DNA of 64,000 nucleotides. It comes from a virus. Positions within the stretch are counted from its first letter, which is position 1, and each line of letters opens with the position of its first letter. The stretch lies in IMG/VR virus record IMGVR_UViG_3300035698_012962, positions 72,267 to 136,266 of that record; one strand, given 5' to 3'. Position numbers and translations under genes: made by a program. The notes beneath the pieces are model-generated. The model was not told where the DNA came from and ran no database searches. It saw only the letters and a list, made by a program, of their open reading frames with translations. This document shows positions 33,363 through 45,378 of the stretch, one piece after another.

Positions 33363-36300
33363 TCATTTAATCACCATTGGTGTACCTTCCATGAACTGTA
33401 AATAACTCCCGTGTGAAGTTACGACCCACCAAAAAGTTTTCCCGATTTTCAGGGAACCTTTGATATCTGAAAATTCAAAAACTGCACATTCTTTGGTCGT
33501 ATTTTCTACAACATTAAATATTTCAGCTTCAAATGTTTTCGTATCATCATTAATTTCTGTGATATGACCTTTCCATATTAAACATACATCTTTATTCATT
33601 TAAGTATAGTTTTAAATTATTTAATCGGTGAAGAATTTGATTACCAAATCCGACCTGATCGTTTTGCTTGTTTTCCTATTTCTGATAACGTAGGGAATTC
33701 AAAAATATTCTCACATAGATTGCATTTAGCTTCCATGACTACTATAAATGGTGAAACACCCTTTCGTTTTTCTGTGTTTGTAACTGTAAAATCTACTGAT
33801 TCGCACTCGTCGCATTTTGTTATTCTTTCAGACATAATATTCATTGTGAAGTTTTATTATAATGCCCAGTTCTGATATAAGATATCCTAAGTGATTTTAA
33901 TAAATCAAGTTGTGCTTCACTACGCCATATCTGAAACTGTGCAAAATCTGAAGTGTTTCATCATCATAATCCAAATGTGGTTCGTATTGTTTGATAATTT
34001 CTTTTATCTTATCTCTACGTTCATCCAAATCTTTTATTAATGATGTAAAAAGTTCTTGTTGATTATTCATTTTCAATCAATTTTAATCCCTCCTCTAACG
34101 CCTTATCCATTGCTTCTTCATACGTTTTGTGTTTTGCTTTTGTTCTATCTAAATATTTCATTGTTTCTATTTGAGCCACAAACCGAAAAACATTTGTTCT
34201 TAAATAGTTAACAGGTAATATAGATATATGAATTTTATGTTCATCCCTCAACCATTTTTGAAGTAGTGATTGAGTTGGGGCGGGGTATAATATTTGCTTG
34301 TACCATCTTTCATCAACTTCATCTAATAAATCCCCATCTTCATTGTAATCGGTATAACCACCATATATGTTATAATCAAATCCCCGTTCTTTGGCTAATT
34401 TGGCTGTTTCAAAACTTATTAATTGATCATTCATCTTCCCATTCTATTTTAGGACATCTCTTTTGTTTTTTTAGCGCTAATATATTCCTTTGCCATCTCA
34501 ATTGTTTTAGTTGAATAAATTTACGGATGGTATATTTCAATTACTTTTTCCAACCTTTTTGAAAATAATTTACTGATATAATCCTTTGCCGAATAAATAG
34601 TATTAAATTGGATAGTAACGTAATTACCGGTTTTATTACATTCCAAATCCTTCCAAATACCTAACCAATTTTTTTGTTGTACTACATATTTTTTATCACT
34701 TATATTTAAACCAGTTCTGGATATTATTCGTGCGCTTTTATTCTTATTTGCTTTCATTTTTATTCTTATTTGCTTTCATTTTTATTCTTATTTGCTTTCA
34801 TTTATTTGAGTTTTACATCATTGGAATTTAAAATACAATCCATTACATAATTTCTAATTCCAATACCTCTAAATTCGTAGTTATTTGAATCTCGTGTATG
34901 TAGAGTATATTCTTTTGCACATATCTCTTTTTGGGTTTGGATTACATCATTCAATTTAGTGGTAGTACGCAACCATATCCACTCCATTAATTCTCTATCG
35001 GAATCAAGCGCATCCCAATTCATTCTTTCCACATGAATGTTATACCTTGCGACAATCAATGTAAGTATTTCAATCCACCACTGTATAGTATATGGTGTAG
35101 ATATTGTATAACGTTTTTTAACAGGTATATGTTTCATTGTAACATTTTTTCCATAGCCGCATTTACATTAACTAATACTTTTGTATAACCATCTTGCATT
35201 TCTGAAACATCTTCCCTTAATGATTTTACTTCTTTTTCCAGAATTTCATTTTTAACTAAAAGATCAGTAGTAAGTGCAGAAGTAATAGTAGCCTTATTTT
35301 CATTATCTTTAATATTATCATTAAATCTAATTAATGTACTATCTAAATGTATTAATAAATCTTGTAATGCATAGAACGTTTCTCCAACTCCTAATGTAAT
35401 TGGATTTTTGGTATCTAATTTTTCTATAAAATTTAACAGTTTATCAATTTCTTGCCTTACTTCAGTTGTGCTAATCATATAACATAGGTTAGTTTAAAAT
35501 GTTATTAATTATAATGTAAATATAAATTTAACTAATGTCAAATTATTTTAATATGATTTATGAAATGAATCTGTCCATACCCCGTCATCTATATCATCCA
35601 ACGCTAACGTATGTTTAATATACGGTTGCCTCTTAATAAGATACTCCCCCTCCATTTGTAATAACCATTGGTCTGCAGAATCTTCATTTACAAATTCTTT
35701 GGATTTTTTCATAAAAGTTGCTTTAATTTTTCCATTATCTAATACTTCTTTGTGTTGTTTAATTTTTGCCATAGTGTAACCCCATTTTATTTATTGAACC
35801 CATTTAATAATCATTAACTTTGGAAAAGAGAAAATACTACCTATAAATCCGAATGAAACATAATTTACTGAAAAGTTTCTATTACGTAAACTCCATATTA
35901 CAAACTCAATATCTATAGTTCGATATTTGTTTTCATCTATTATATGAACACAATATGTATATCCCAAATCTGCCATATTTCGAATCCTTTTATGTATAGA
36001 GAATATTAACTCATCACTCTCAGGCAATTCTTCAGGTTCATTATATATTTTTGCTATTTCCGATGCTTCTTTTGCTGTAATTAAATCTAAAGCCATTTAT
36101 CTTTCAAATTTGTTTTATTTACTTCTGTATATTCTGTAATCTCTATTTTATGAATATTAATATTTTCTTTTTTTAGTTCATCCATATCCGAATTTAATTT
36201 TGTGTATTCAATAATATCATTAATTAAAAAAGGTTTTGGATATGAATTAAATAATTTAACCTTACTAATATTCAGATCCCACTTAATTTCTTTATAAAAC

Positions 36301-37058
36301 GTTATCCCAATAAGGTATAATAATTTATCATTGGTTTTATATGATATGTAATATTGTATCATTTAGATTTCTTAGGTCTACCACGTTTCTTACCAGTAGT
36401 TGTCTTCTTTTTAACAGTAGTTCCTTTTTTTGCTGTCTTCTTTTTACCAGTAGTAGTTTTCTTTGTAGTTGACTTTTTTTTCGTAACTTTCTTTTTTCTT
36501 TTTTTAGATGGTGGATCAGTTTCTCCATTCAACGGCTCCCATTCAATTGGATGTAACATAACCTCTTCAGGATATTTTGTTCTCCAAATTATCTCACCTC
36601 TTACTTGAATTTTCACATAACCATCAGTAACCTTTTTTACATATACTTTACTTGTTCTCGTATCATCAACCAACCAACATCTTGATAGAACGTGCTTTGG
36701 TTTTAACTTTCCTTCTTCTGGAATATTTTTGAATATAGGATATGTAATTTGGTATTCATTTGTTACGAATTCTGTATCAATTTGTTTCAACAATTTTCGT
36801 TTCGTTTGTGTCCAAGTTAATTTTCGTTTAGCCATATTATTTATTTTATTAAAACCATTTATTAGTTGATTGTTCTTTTTTATCTTTCTCTTTTCGTTCT
36901 TTTATAATTCCCAAAAAGTCTTCTCTATACTCTGGATACATTCCTAAATATATCAATTCAACTTCATCTCGGTTGGTTAATACATTATCACGTGGAAGTG
37001 TAGTATCCGCTAATTCAATATCTTTTTTAAATTCATTTAGAATTAAATGTTTACTCAT
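33363..37058 (-). CDS. Cluster of about 12 small hypothetical proteins
   Basis: Co-oriented ORFs; includes a CxxC..CxxC protein (33641..33844) and a Lys-rich protein (36359..36835); promoter at 35541. Confidence 0.6.
33841..34070 (-). pseudogene. Small gene with apparent 1-nt frameshift near 33958
   Basis: MNNQQELF...DYDDE, then a shifted frame TSDFAQFQIWRSEAQ...KTSQ* whose TGA overlaps the next ATG. Confidence 0.5.
34736..34801. repeat. 22-nt tandem repeat x3 containing the start codon
   Basis: Minus-strand unit ATGAAAGCAAATAAGAATAAAA; ATGs at 34801, 34779, 34757. Confidence 0.95.
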
Positions 37059-37133
37059 TATAAATGTTCCAAAATTGAACGATTAATATTAAATCTATAT
37101 ATTAATGTAATCATAATTCCAATCAATTTCAAT

Positions 37134-37760
37134 TTATCTATTAATCAATTGTTGAATAGCTTGAGTTACTTGATTTTGAAACGTTTGTATTTGATGATTG
37201 ATTTGTGCAACTATTGATTGAGTTTGTTCCGCATCCCGTTGGATTGATCCTGCTAATAATTCTTGTTCTTCAACCCTACGATCTGTTTGTTGTAGTAACC
37301 CTTGTAGTGAATTTTCTATTTCTTTCAGTGTGTTAAATTCTGCACGCAACCCATCATTCTGTGATTGTAATGAAGTCATATCTATTTCTTCTTGAATAGC
37401 TCGTTGAAGTGCTTGTGTAAAATCTAAATTTAGTTTTATAAATCTATTTTGAGTAGTTTCCACTTTATTGGTTTCTATATTTTCTTCTACTTTAACATAA
37501 TCTACTTTTTTATTAATCTCCTCAATAGTATTTGATAGATCAGTTATAATCAAATTCTTTACTTCTATATTTTTAATCACTTTTTTTATTTCTTCATTGA
37601 TGAGTCTCTCATCCTCTAATAATTCTCTATATAACTCACCCGGGGTAGTATCTGGTTTCAATACCCTTTTGGATTTGATCAATTCAACTACGTTTGTATC
37701 TACTGCTTTACGTAATTCATCATCATTATATTTTGGTTTAAATAATGGTGTTCTATTCAT
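37134..37760 (-). CDS. Coiled-coil protein, paralogue of 1..324
   Basis: FKPKYNDDELRKAVDTNVVELIK; heptad-rich. Confidence 0.75.
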   Translation of the reverse strand: MNRTPLFKPKYNDDELRKAVDTNVVELIKSKRVLKPDTTPGELYRELLEDERLINEEIKKVIKNIEVKNLIITDLSNTIEEINKKVDYVKVEENIETNKVETTQNRFIKLNLDFTQALQRAIQEEIDMTSLQSQNDGLRAEFNTLKEIENSLQGLLQQTDRRVEEQELLAGSIQRDAEQTQSIVAQINHQIQTFQNQVTQAIQQLINR

Positions 37761-39003
37761 TTTCTTGTAAAGTTTGTTTACCTACTGCACCAACTACTAT
37801 AACAAATTTACCTGTTGAGTTCCAACTTTCTACAGTTGTATTAACTCCAATATCCATATTCGTTTTACCGAACTCATAGTATGGGAAGGTAAAACTTGTT
37901 TGTCCAAATACATTTTTTGGATATGTGTTTGCATATGCTTGTAATATTCCTGTTTGATCTGTAGTTCCCGCCCAATAATTTATACTATTCGAATCAGTAT
38001 TAAGTTTATTTAAATCTGTATCTCTGTTCCTTTTTAATATCTTATAAGTAAAATTTCCAAATCCGGACTTATTTAAATTGGATTTTCTTACTTGATCCAA
38101 GTCAAAATGTACTGAAACAAGTTTCTTATCTAGTGTAATCAGTTTACCTCTAGCAGGTTGTTGCTTACCTCTATCTGTTACGAACACATCCCAGTTGATA
38201 GGTTCATTAAAAAATTTATAACGTTGGTTATTTAAAAATATATCTACAGGTGTTCCTAATTCAAAATTCTTTGATAAAAATACCACTGATACTTGAGTAC
38301 TTCCGTTAGGAAATGTAAATGGTTGATCTGCGGGTGGATAAATCTCTCCTGGAGCAGGATTAATATCCGTACCTGTATATTGTTTAGTATTTCTACTCCC
38401 ACGCCTACCACTTCGACTACCACGTCTACCCTTATTATTCACAAACTCACCAGAAGGTTTATCTGAAAAATTATAAGTCATAGTAAGCCCATCTACCTCT
38501 ATATCCCATTCAGCGAAATCAGTTACAAGCGATTTAGATTTTTTACCTGTTGATGGGGATAGTGCCCAATTTATTTGTTTTACAATATCTTCTGGTACAT
38601 CAAGATTGAGATTTTCTACATATGTTAGTTTGACTCCTCTAATTTCTAGCGACCGCTCTTCTAACTTTCTTACTTCAATACTCTTCCGTAACTCTTCCAT
38701 ATCTACATTAATAATAGTTATAAAATCTATTGTGAAGAATGGGTTATTATTTTCCTCTGCTTCTTTTAAATCATCAACTAAGGATTTAGATGTATAATAC
38801 TCATTATTTATATTCACAATAAAACGAAGTGTAGTATCTTCTACTGAAATTAAATCTTCGATTGTAACATGGACAATTTCTGGAGACTGGATGGATATTA
38901 CGTTTCCTAATTGTGTAGATATATTTATACTATCATCAGTCCGTGTAAGGTCAGCATTTTGTAAAATATAATCGTTTTGAAATGAATCTAATGTTTTGTA
39001 CAT
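37753..39003 (-). CDS. Hypothetical, possibly virion, protein
   Basis: 416 aa; TATTTATA immediately upstream. Confidence 0.7.
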   Translation of the reverse strand: MYKTLDSFQNDYILQNADLTRTDDSINISTQLGNVISIQSPEIVHVTIEDLISVEDTTLRFIVNINNEYYTSKSLVDDLKEAEENNNPFFTIDFITIINVDMEELRKSIEVRKLEERSLEIRGVKLTYVENLNLDVPEDIVKQINWALSPSTGKKSKSLVTDFAEWDIEVDGLTMTYNFSDKPSGEFVNNKGRRGSRSGRRGSRNTKQYTGTDINPAPGEIYPPADQPFTFPNGSTQVSVVFLSKNFELGTPVDIFLNNQRYKFFNEPINWDVFVTDRGKQQPARGKLITLDKKLVSVHFDLDQVRKSNLNKSGFGNFTYKILKRNRDTDLNKLNTDSNSINYWAGTTDQTGILQAYANTYPKNVFGQTSFTFPYYEFGKTNMDIGVNTTVESWNSTGKFVIVVGAVGKQTLQENE

Positions 39004-39021
39004 ATCTATAAATATAGTCTT

Positions 39022-39573
39022 TTATAGTTTTTGTACATTTAATGATTTCTCAACATAATCTGCTATAGTAATAATTGTATCAGATGATATCCACAAAAAA
39101 CCTATACCATTTACAGTTATAGAAAAATCACCATCGAAAGGATCTAATTCTACATCAGTGAACGTAGAAATTGGATTATGTTGCTCTTGTCGTTTTTCAA
39201 ATACAGCATTCCACCGATCTACCATACCTCCTTTATAACCTTTTGCAAACTTTATTGGTTTATGTAATTCTTTATTATAAAATTGTATTGGTTTTTTTTG
39301 AAATGCACCTTGGATCGTAATCTCCAATTTTGACCAATCATCTACCTTCTCCCAATTTTCTAATATGTAGAATTTTGCAGATTCAGCTATCATATTAGCT
39401 TCTCTAAATTTACGTAAATACTCTTCCATAAAATTTGATGTTCTCCACCCTTTCTGAGCAGAATATCCTTCTCTCATTTCATCTTCATTTTCAAAACAAG
39501 GAGTAAATGCTCCATATTTTACTATATCGTTCATTGTTTCGTCCGTTAAATCTATATAATCTTCAATTTCCAT
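39022..39573 (-). CDS. Hypothetical protein
   Basis: 183 aa ORF coupled to the HNH gene. Confidence 0.65.
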   Translation of the reverse strand: MEIEDYIDLTDETMNDIVKYGAFTPCFENEDEMREGYSAQKGWRTSNFMEEYLRKFREANMIAESAKFYILENWEKVDDWSKLEITIQGAFQKKPIQFYNKELHKPIKFAKGYKGGMVDRWNAVFEKRQEQHNPISTFTDVELDPFDGDFSITVNGIGFLWISSDTIITIADYVEKSLNVQKL

Positions 39574-40083
39574 TTAAATAAATAAATAAGGTTTCCATTC
39601 TTCTGGGATATGATCAAGAGTTTTCATCAACATCAAGAAGTGTGGGCGTTTCGGCTTCGGGTGGTCTCTTCCCCATTCTACAATATCCAAGTCTGCTTTT
39701 TCGGAATTGCACATTTGACAAGATGTTACTAAGTTTTCCCATGAATCTTTCCCACCCTTACTTCTAGGGATCACGTGATCTAAAGTAAGTTGTTTTCTAC
39801 TATCACCTCCACAATATACACAACTATAATTATCTCTCTTATAGATGTTTGTTCGTGTAAGAGGAACTTTTGTATACTCTAATCGAATAAACTTAAAGAT
39901 TCTAATAATAGATGGTTTAGGAAATGCTAAATTTTTATTCACAGTACGGAAAAACGTATCATGGGTTTCAACAACTTCGGCATTTCCTTTGTATGTGATT
40001 ACAAATGCCCTTTCGGTTGTAATAACTGAACGTGGCATGTATGCAGTATCAATAACTAAACATTTCTTATCTGTGGATTTCAT
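39574..40083 (-). CDS. HNH endonuclease
   Basis: RDNYSCVYCG, LTLDHVIPRSKGG..SWENLVTSCQMCN..K. Confidence 0.92.
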   Translation of the reverse strand: MKSTDKKCLVIDTAYMPRSVITTERAFVITYKGNAEVVETHDTFFRTVNKNLAFPKPSIIRIFKFIRLEYTKVPLTRTNIYKRDNYSCVYCGGDSRKQLTLDHVIPRSKGGKDSWENLVTSCQMCNSEKADLDIVEWGRDHPKPKRPHFLMLMKTLDHIPEEWKPYLFI

Positions 40084-40113
40084 TGTGTAACGTTTTTGTA
40101 ACGGTTAGTATCA

Positions 40114-40622
40114 TTATCTTAACAATTGAGATAGTTCACTATGTTTCATATCATGATACAATGTGATATTATCTCTATCGTACTTTAACAATGCTGTTTT
40201 TGGCTTGTCTTTTTGTATTAAATACTCAGCGCCATCTGATTTAGATATCACTGATTTGGTGTTAGGATTTTTATTTAAAAAGTTCTTTTTAATTTTATCC
40301 CATTGATAAGGGAATACTTTTCCCTTTGCTCTAAAAACTGTTTCTGGTATTAAGTTTGTTAATTTCATATTTATCAATTTCTATATACGAACGGATATGT
40401 TATTGGTAGATTTGGATATTTCTTTTGCAATCCAACTGCGATAATACTATCATTAATAGATTTCTTATAATCCATTCCGACTTTATCAATTATTTTCATT
40501 GCCATCAAAATCCCCAACTTATCTTGTGGGGATATCCTGAAGTTATGTTTCTTAGATAAAGTTCTTACCCGTTCCTTCATTATGCTCAATAACTCACTAT
40601 GCCTTTCGTTATTATCATTCAT
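40114..40622 (-). CDS. Two small hypothetical proteins (40114..40377, 40374..40622)
   Basis: TATTTATA at 40626-40633 upstream. Confidence 0.6.
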
Positions 40623-40715
40623 ATATATAAATATAAGAATTATTAATTAATATTCCAAATTTTTTTATCTTATCTTTAATTGATGATTTACATAATGTTT
40701 AAGTTTTACTTTTAA

Positions 40716-41450
40716 TTATATGTGTTGTAAATGGTGATCATTCATTAAGAACGAACCATATGGTTTTGCTTGTAATATTTTAACAACATCCATTAAGTTA
40801 TATGGTTTAAGATCATTTCCGTCAATTCCTACATCCATACACTTACCTGGAAACTTCAACTTCTCTTCAGATGAAGAATGTAGATGCCCAAATAAATGGA
40901 ACCATCCCACGGACATTTTCTCCCAACTTAACATTGGTCTGTGAAATAAATCAAAATTAAATGCCATGTTTGGATAAATGATTTTAACCCAGGGGTTTAC
41001 AGTAACATACGTAAATAAATCTTGAGTTAGTACATATGGTATACTCTTATGTTCAGTACGTTCCCACGGTATGTTCAATTTTTCTGCTATTTCAATATCT
41101 GAATTATCAATGTAAATTGGTTTTGAGTCTGGAAAAATATGGTGATCGTGATTTCCCCTAACTAACAAAATATTCTTGACATTTAATCTCTTGCGAAATT
41201 CCCAAATTTGTTCGATACCTCCAAATGATACATCTCCAAGATGAATTAACCAATCATCTTCATTAACTATCATATTGATGTTACCAACAATTTCAGTATT
41301 CATTTCATACCGAGTACCAAAATCTCTAACAGAGTTTGAGGCACGTTCCATATTCCATGAAGTTTCACCTTTCACAATATTCTTATGTGAATAATGAGAA
41401 TCTGCTGTAGCAAAACATTGTTGCCCTTTTTCTAATCTAATTTTAATCAT
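40716..41450 (-). CDS. Calcineurin-like metallophosphoesterase
   Basis: ADSHYSH, HLGDV, RGNHD, FGHLH, DVGID. Confidence 0.9.
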   Translation of the reverse strand: MIKIRLEKGQQCFATADSHYSHKNIVKGETSWNMERASNSVRDFGTRYEMNTEIVGNINMIVNEDDWLIHLGDVSFGGIEQIWEFRKRLNVKNILLVRGNHDHHIFPDSKPIYIDNSDIEIAEKLNIPWERTEHKSIPYVLTQDLFTYVTVNPWVKIIYPNMAFNFDLFHRPMLSWEKMSVGWFHLFGHLHSSSEEKLKFPGKCMDVGIDGNDLKPYNLMDVVKILQAKPYGSFLMNDHHLQHI

Positions 41451-41631
41451 TAGGTTTAATATTTAGTTTTTTAACTTCCATTGGGTATAATCCAAATACT
41501 TCATATCCCCTTTTAATTTTACATATAAACTCATTTGTATTTTTTTGAATACTATGAATTGCTATCTTCCGTATTAATTCAGTATCAGTAATACTATCAT
41601 CAGATAAATTTTTAATATCAATTATTTTCAT

Positions 41632-41844
41632 TTAATCAAATACCAATTTTCCAATTTGTTTAACTTCAGTAATATCGTTTGATTCAACATATTGAGTAGT
41701 GTGCAACTCCGATCAAATTTCATTGTCCGGGTTGTGGTATCCTTTAGGTCCGATTGCAATGGAATACCCATTAGATATTTTAATGAACACATTTCCATTT
41801 GGAGCTTCCCATACATCATATATGTCTAAATCCTTTTCAATCAT
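41632..41844 (-). pseudogene. Small gene with in-frame TGA at 41713-41715
   Basis: MIEKDLDIYDVWEAPNGNVFIK...DNEI*SELHTTQYV...KLVFD*; abuts both neighbours. Confidence 0.6.
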
Positions 41845-43378
41845 CTCGTTCTACTACCAATTTAGTCTCAAATGCTGCAGGGAACTCGACAGTAGTTTGA
41901 TAATCTGTTACTGATTGTTCTATATCTCTATATTCGTAGTACTCATTAGTTTCATCACTACGAATAATTAATTGATCGTTGTGACCAACAGTTATTTGAA
42001 GTCCCATGTCATCCATGAGTTGTTCTAACTTTCTTACTTTCTGAGTAACTGGGTGTTCTTCTTTTAATTTATAATATGCCATAGAATTATCCCAACCCAG
42101 CTATTAATATTCCCACTCCAACCCAAAAAGGAATACCTGTTAAAAATCCTACGATTAAATGTGTTTTATATTTTTTAATATCTTCAAACATAATATTTCA
42201 ATTTAGGTTAATAGTTTTCTTTATCACTTTTATAATGTAATTATAAATTCAATGAATGTCAAATATTTAATTATCGTTTGAAAATTCCAATGGAAGAAGT
42301 GAAAGTTCATATCCATTTGAAATATAAAAACAACCTTCTATTTGAATCACATCCCCGATTGAGAATGATGAATGTTGTGTGGTTAATTCCCCACTTCTAA
42401 TTTTATCTGAAATCTTGGTTGGGTATGAACCAACGTTATGAGAAGTTATAATTGATCGAAAAACCTCATTATTGGAAGTTTCTGGTTGAAATTCAACTGC
42501 GGAAACTTTTTCATAATGTTTAATTGATGGAGAATGAAAAACAAACTCTACAAACTTACCATCTTCATCATACACCCTTTCAGTAATTTTACCTTTGAAG
42601 CGGAAATCAAAACCGGAAAAGTTTTCTTTAGGATAAAAAACGTTAACTTTCATTTTAGATTGGATTAGGTTATCATTAACTCAACACTTATAATGTAGTG
42701 ATTAATTTACTTAATGTCAAGTCCTATTTAAAGAAGTTATTAATTAAAATCTTCTACGGCTTCACCAGTGTGTTCCAACCATTCATCTGAATCACCATCC
42801 GCCCAAATTATATTTTCAGTATCCCAACATTCACTACATCCACCATTATCTGAATTGGATGCGTATGAATCATAAGCACCGCATGTTTTACAATAAGTCA
42901 TTTTATTGCCTCAATTTTTAAGTTGTAATTTTGATTTCTGATAATTCTCCCATTCTCTATATAATACCTCTATCATACCATCAGTGAGACCTTCGAAGTG
43001 AAGTTCCCCATCAAGATACATATTACTGAAATCATCAACTCTTGCGATTCCATTATGGATAGTGGAGTAGAATGAATCTTCTACAATGTATTCAAATTTT
43101 TCATCAACAGTTAATTCAGCTTTCATATCGGTATTGATTAGGTTATCATTAACTCACTTCTATAATGTAGTTAGAATTTATATTAATGTCAAGCACTATC
43201 TGTTTCTTTTTCTATCTTCTTTTGCTTTATTCTCTCTCCAATTTCTAAGTAATTGTTTTGAAATATCTAAGTGATCAGGTGGTACAACATAATCTTCACC
43301 TAATCTTCTAATTGCATATCCACAAGAATGGATGAATAGTGCTTCTTCATTATTTTTTAAATTTATTTTTTCCCACAT
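41837..43378 (-). CDS. Small hypothetical proteins (41837..42082, 42267..42653, 42911..43126, 43196..43378)
   Basis: Co-oriented; interspersed with promoters at 42262, 42720, 43192. Confidence 0.6.
42660..42720 (-). promoter_or_regulatory. Promoter-leader element, copy 3
   Basis: Identical over this span to the copies at 55294 and 56937. Confidence 0.9.
43136..43192 (-). promoter_or_regulatory. Promoter-leader element, copy 4
   Basis: TTGACA-N17-TACATT...GAGTTAATGATAACCTAATC. Confidence 0.85.
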
Positions 43379-43391
43379 ATTATTTATTTAT

Positions 43392-43802
43392 TTAAGTTAA
43401 AATGTAAAATGTTAAAAGTAATTGTACGTAATGTAATACTTGATCGAAACCGATGGAAGTAAATGCTCCTAAATTTGGTATTGAACTTCCCAAATGGTTT
43501 TGTTCAAATTGTCTACTTACTTTCTTTGATGTAAAATAATCAGTTATTGTATGAAACACAAATGTTATTAATGGAAACAGTATTATTAAATTGAATAACA
43601 AATCAGAATCAATTGAATATATAATACAAAACACCCCCATTACAAATACCCAATATAATGAATATGTTACTGTGTGTTTTAGTAAAGGTATAAGTGATTT
43701 AGATTTCCCAAGTGCCCATTGTTCGTCTTGAAATATAAAATCAGCTATCCAATGGTTAACTATAATCCATAATATAATCCATACTGTAGTTAAATCAATC
43801 AT
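43392..43802 (-). CDS. DUF3307-like membrane protein
   Basis: HWIADFIFQ, H...Y, HTITDY, GFDQVLH. Confidence 0.8.
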   Translation of the reverse strand: MIDLTTVWIILWIIVNHWIADFIFQDEQWALGKSKSLIPLLKHTVTYSLYWVFVMGVFCIIYSIDSDLLFNLIILFPLITFVFHTITDYFTSKKVSRQFEQNHLGSSIPNLGAFTSIGFDQVLHYVQLLLTFYILT

Positions 43803-44062
43803 ATTTTATTTTAAATCTTCCTTTCTTACTAAATCCACTGCCGTTAACTTAATCTTATGAATAATATCATCTTTGAAATTGTCTACTTCTACAAAAAATC
43901 GCATCGCAGGTTTTAACATCTTAATAGATTCCAGTGATTGGTTAATAGGTTTCAAATCTACGTATAACAAAAAACTTAATCGCATCAAATATCCAAAGAG
44001 TTTCCCCATCGGTTTTGATTCTATATGGCCAATTAATGGCGAAAAAATGCATGAAGTCTAAT

Positions 44063-45145
44063 TTACTTTTCATTTAATAGAAATTTATTTGATATAACTT
44101 TGAATGATTCATTACCATTTTCTACATTTACGAATACAAACCCCTCTTGATCAACTGTATCATTGAGAGTAGATTCAACATCGGCAATACGAATTAACTC
44201 TTCCATTCGTGAAGGAAGTTTTACATCATTCCAAACAAGTGGAACCGTTTCCAAGTTCATCCATTTAATAGTTTGATAAAAATCAGAATACTCTACGTAT
44301 GTGTACAAATCAATATCAAAAAGTGAAAAGAATTTAACAGTTTGACCTTTTAATTTGTACGGATTTCCTTGCACGCCCTCACCAATCAATTCACCCTGTA
44401 TGGCGAAATTATTAATTTGGGATTCACTGTTCCAACATTCCCTCATCTTTTCCTCAATCTCAAGATCACGAGCAACTTTCCAAAATGTATTATCGTCTGT
44501 TTCTAACAAATCAATATTTCTGGAACATACACCAAATTCACCATCACGTAAATAAAATGTTGCTGAACTACCATCTAACTTTTCTGTTGCGATCCATGTC
44601 TTTTTACGTAGATCCTCATATTCATCAACTAAATTCTGTATCCGTTCTTGGTCAGTTTTTCTAATCCATGACGGGAAGTATCCTTTTGCGACACCTGATA
44701 AATTAGCAGGAATTGGTGGTTCGTATTTTACGATCCCAAGTATATCCGATACATCCTCACCGATTAAATAATCATCAGTTTCTTTTGATTCATCTACCAT
44801 ATCAAACAATACTTCTTCTGGGATATTCTCAATCGGTAAGATCAATCCTTGCGACGTCTGCCCACGCATCCGTATCGTTTTCAGCCGGAATCCTTCAGTA
44901 CCATCGGACATTTGTTTGTACGATGTTTTACGTAAAAACTCAAACTCCTCACGAATTGGTAAGAAGGAATCTACCTCACAGTAAATAATAATATCACCTA
45001 TATTATATAATCCTTTTTTGATTACAACATCCCAACCACGTACAGTTGCAACTTCAATGTTGTCTGCATTGGGAATCGGTCTAATATCTTTAATTTTTTG
45101 TATTGTTGCTAATTGTCGCATTGCGATTCTCTTATTTTGTTCCAT
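44063..45145 (-). CDS. RNA ligase, DRB0094/Rnl2-like
   Basis: IPNADNIE, EVDSFLP, RGQTSQGL, KTDQERIQN, TEKLDGSS, VCSRN, QGELIG, EGFVF, FKVISNKFL. Confidence 0.92.
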   Translation of the reverse strand: MEQNKRIAMRQLATIQKIKDIRPIPNADNIEVATVRGWDVVIKKGLYNIGDIIIYCEVDSFLPIREEFEFLRKTSYKQMSDGTEGFRLKTIRMRGQTSQGLILPIENIPEEVLFDMVDESKETDDYLIGEDVSDILGIVKYEPPIPANLSGVAKGYFPSWIRKTDQERIQNLVDEYEDLRKKTWIATEKLDGSSATFYLRDGEFGVCSRNIDLLETDDNTFWKVARDLEIEEKMRECWNSESQINNFAIQGELIGEGVQGNPYKLKGQTVKFFSLFDIDLYTYVEYSDFYQTIKWMNLETVPLVWNDVKLPSRMEELIRIADVESTLNDTVDQEGFVFVNVENGNESFKVISNKFLLNEK

Positions 45146-45378
45146 CTTTGTATAATTGTTTTAATTGTTTTTTATAATTTGTGAAAGTTCGTCTACGATC
45201 TCATCAATATAATCGTCTCCACAATTTATATCATCACTACCTACACTAATAGTAAAGTCCTTTCTAATAATTGAGTAATCAATAGCACTTATAATGTTTT
45301 CAGATTCGATATATGTTTTATCTGTAATGTTTTGTATACTCATAATTTTTATATTAAGATGTTATTTGGTTTTAATTT

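Noticed and set aside
41628-41819. 63-aa ORF in the track
   Set aside because: The alternative frame 41632..41844 fits both neighbours better and reads as the real, interrupted gene
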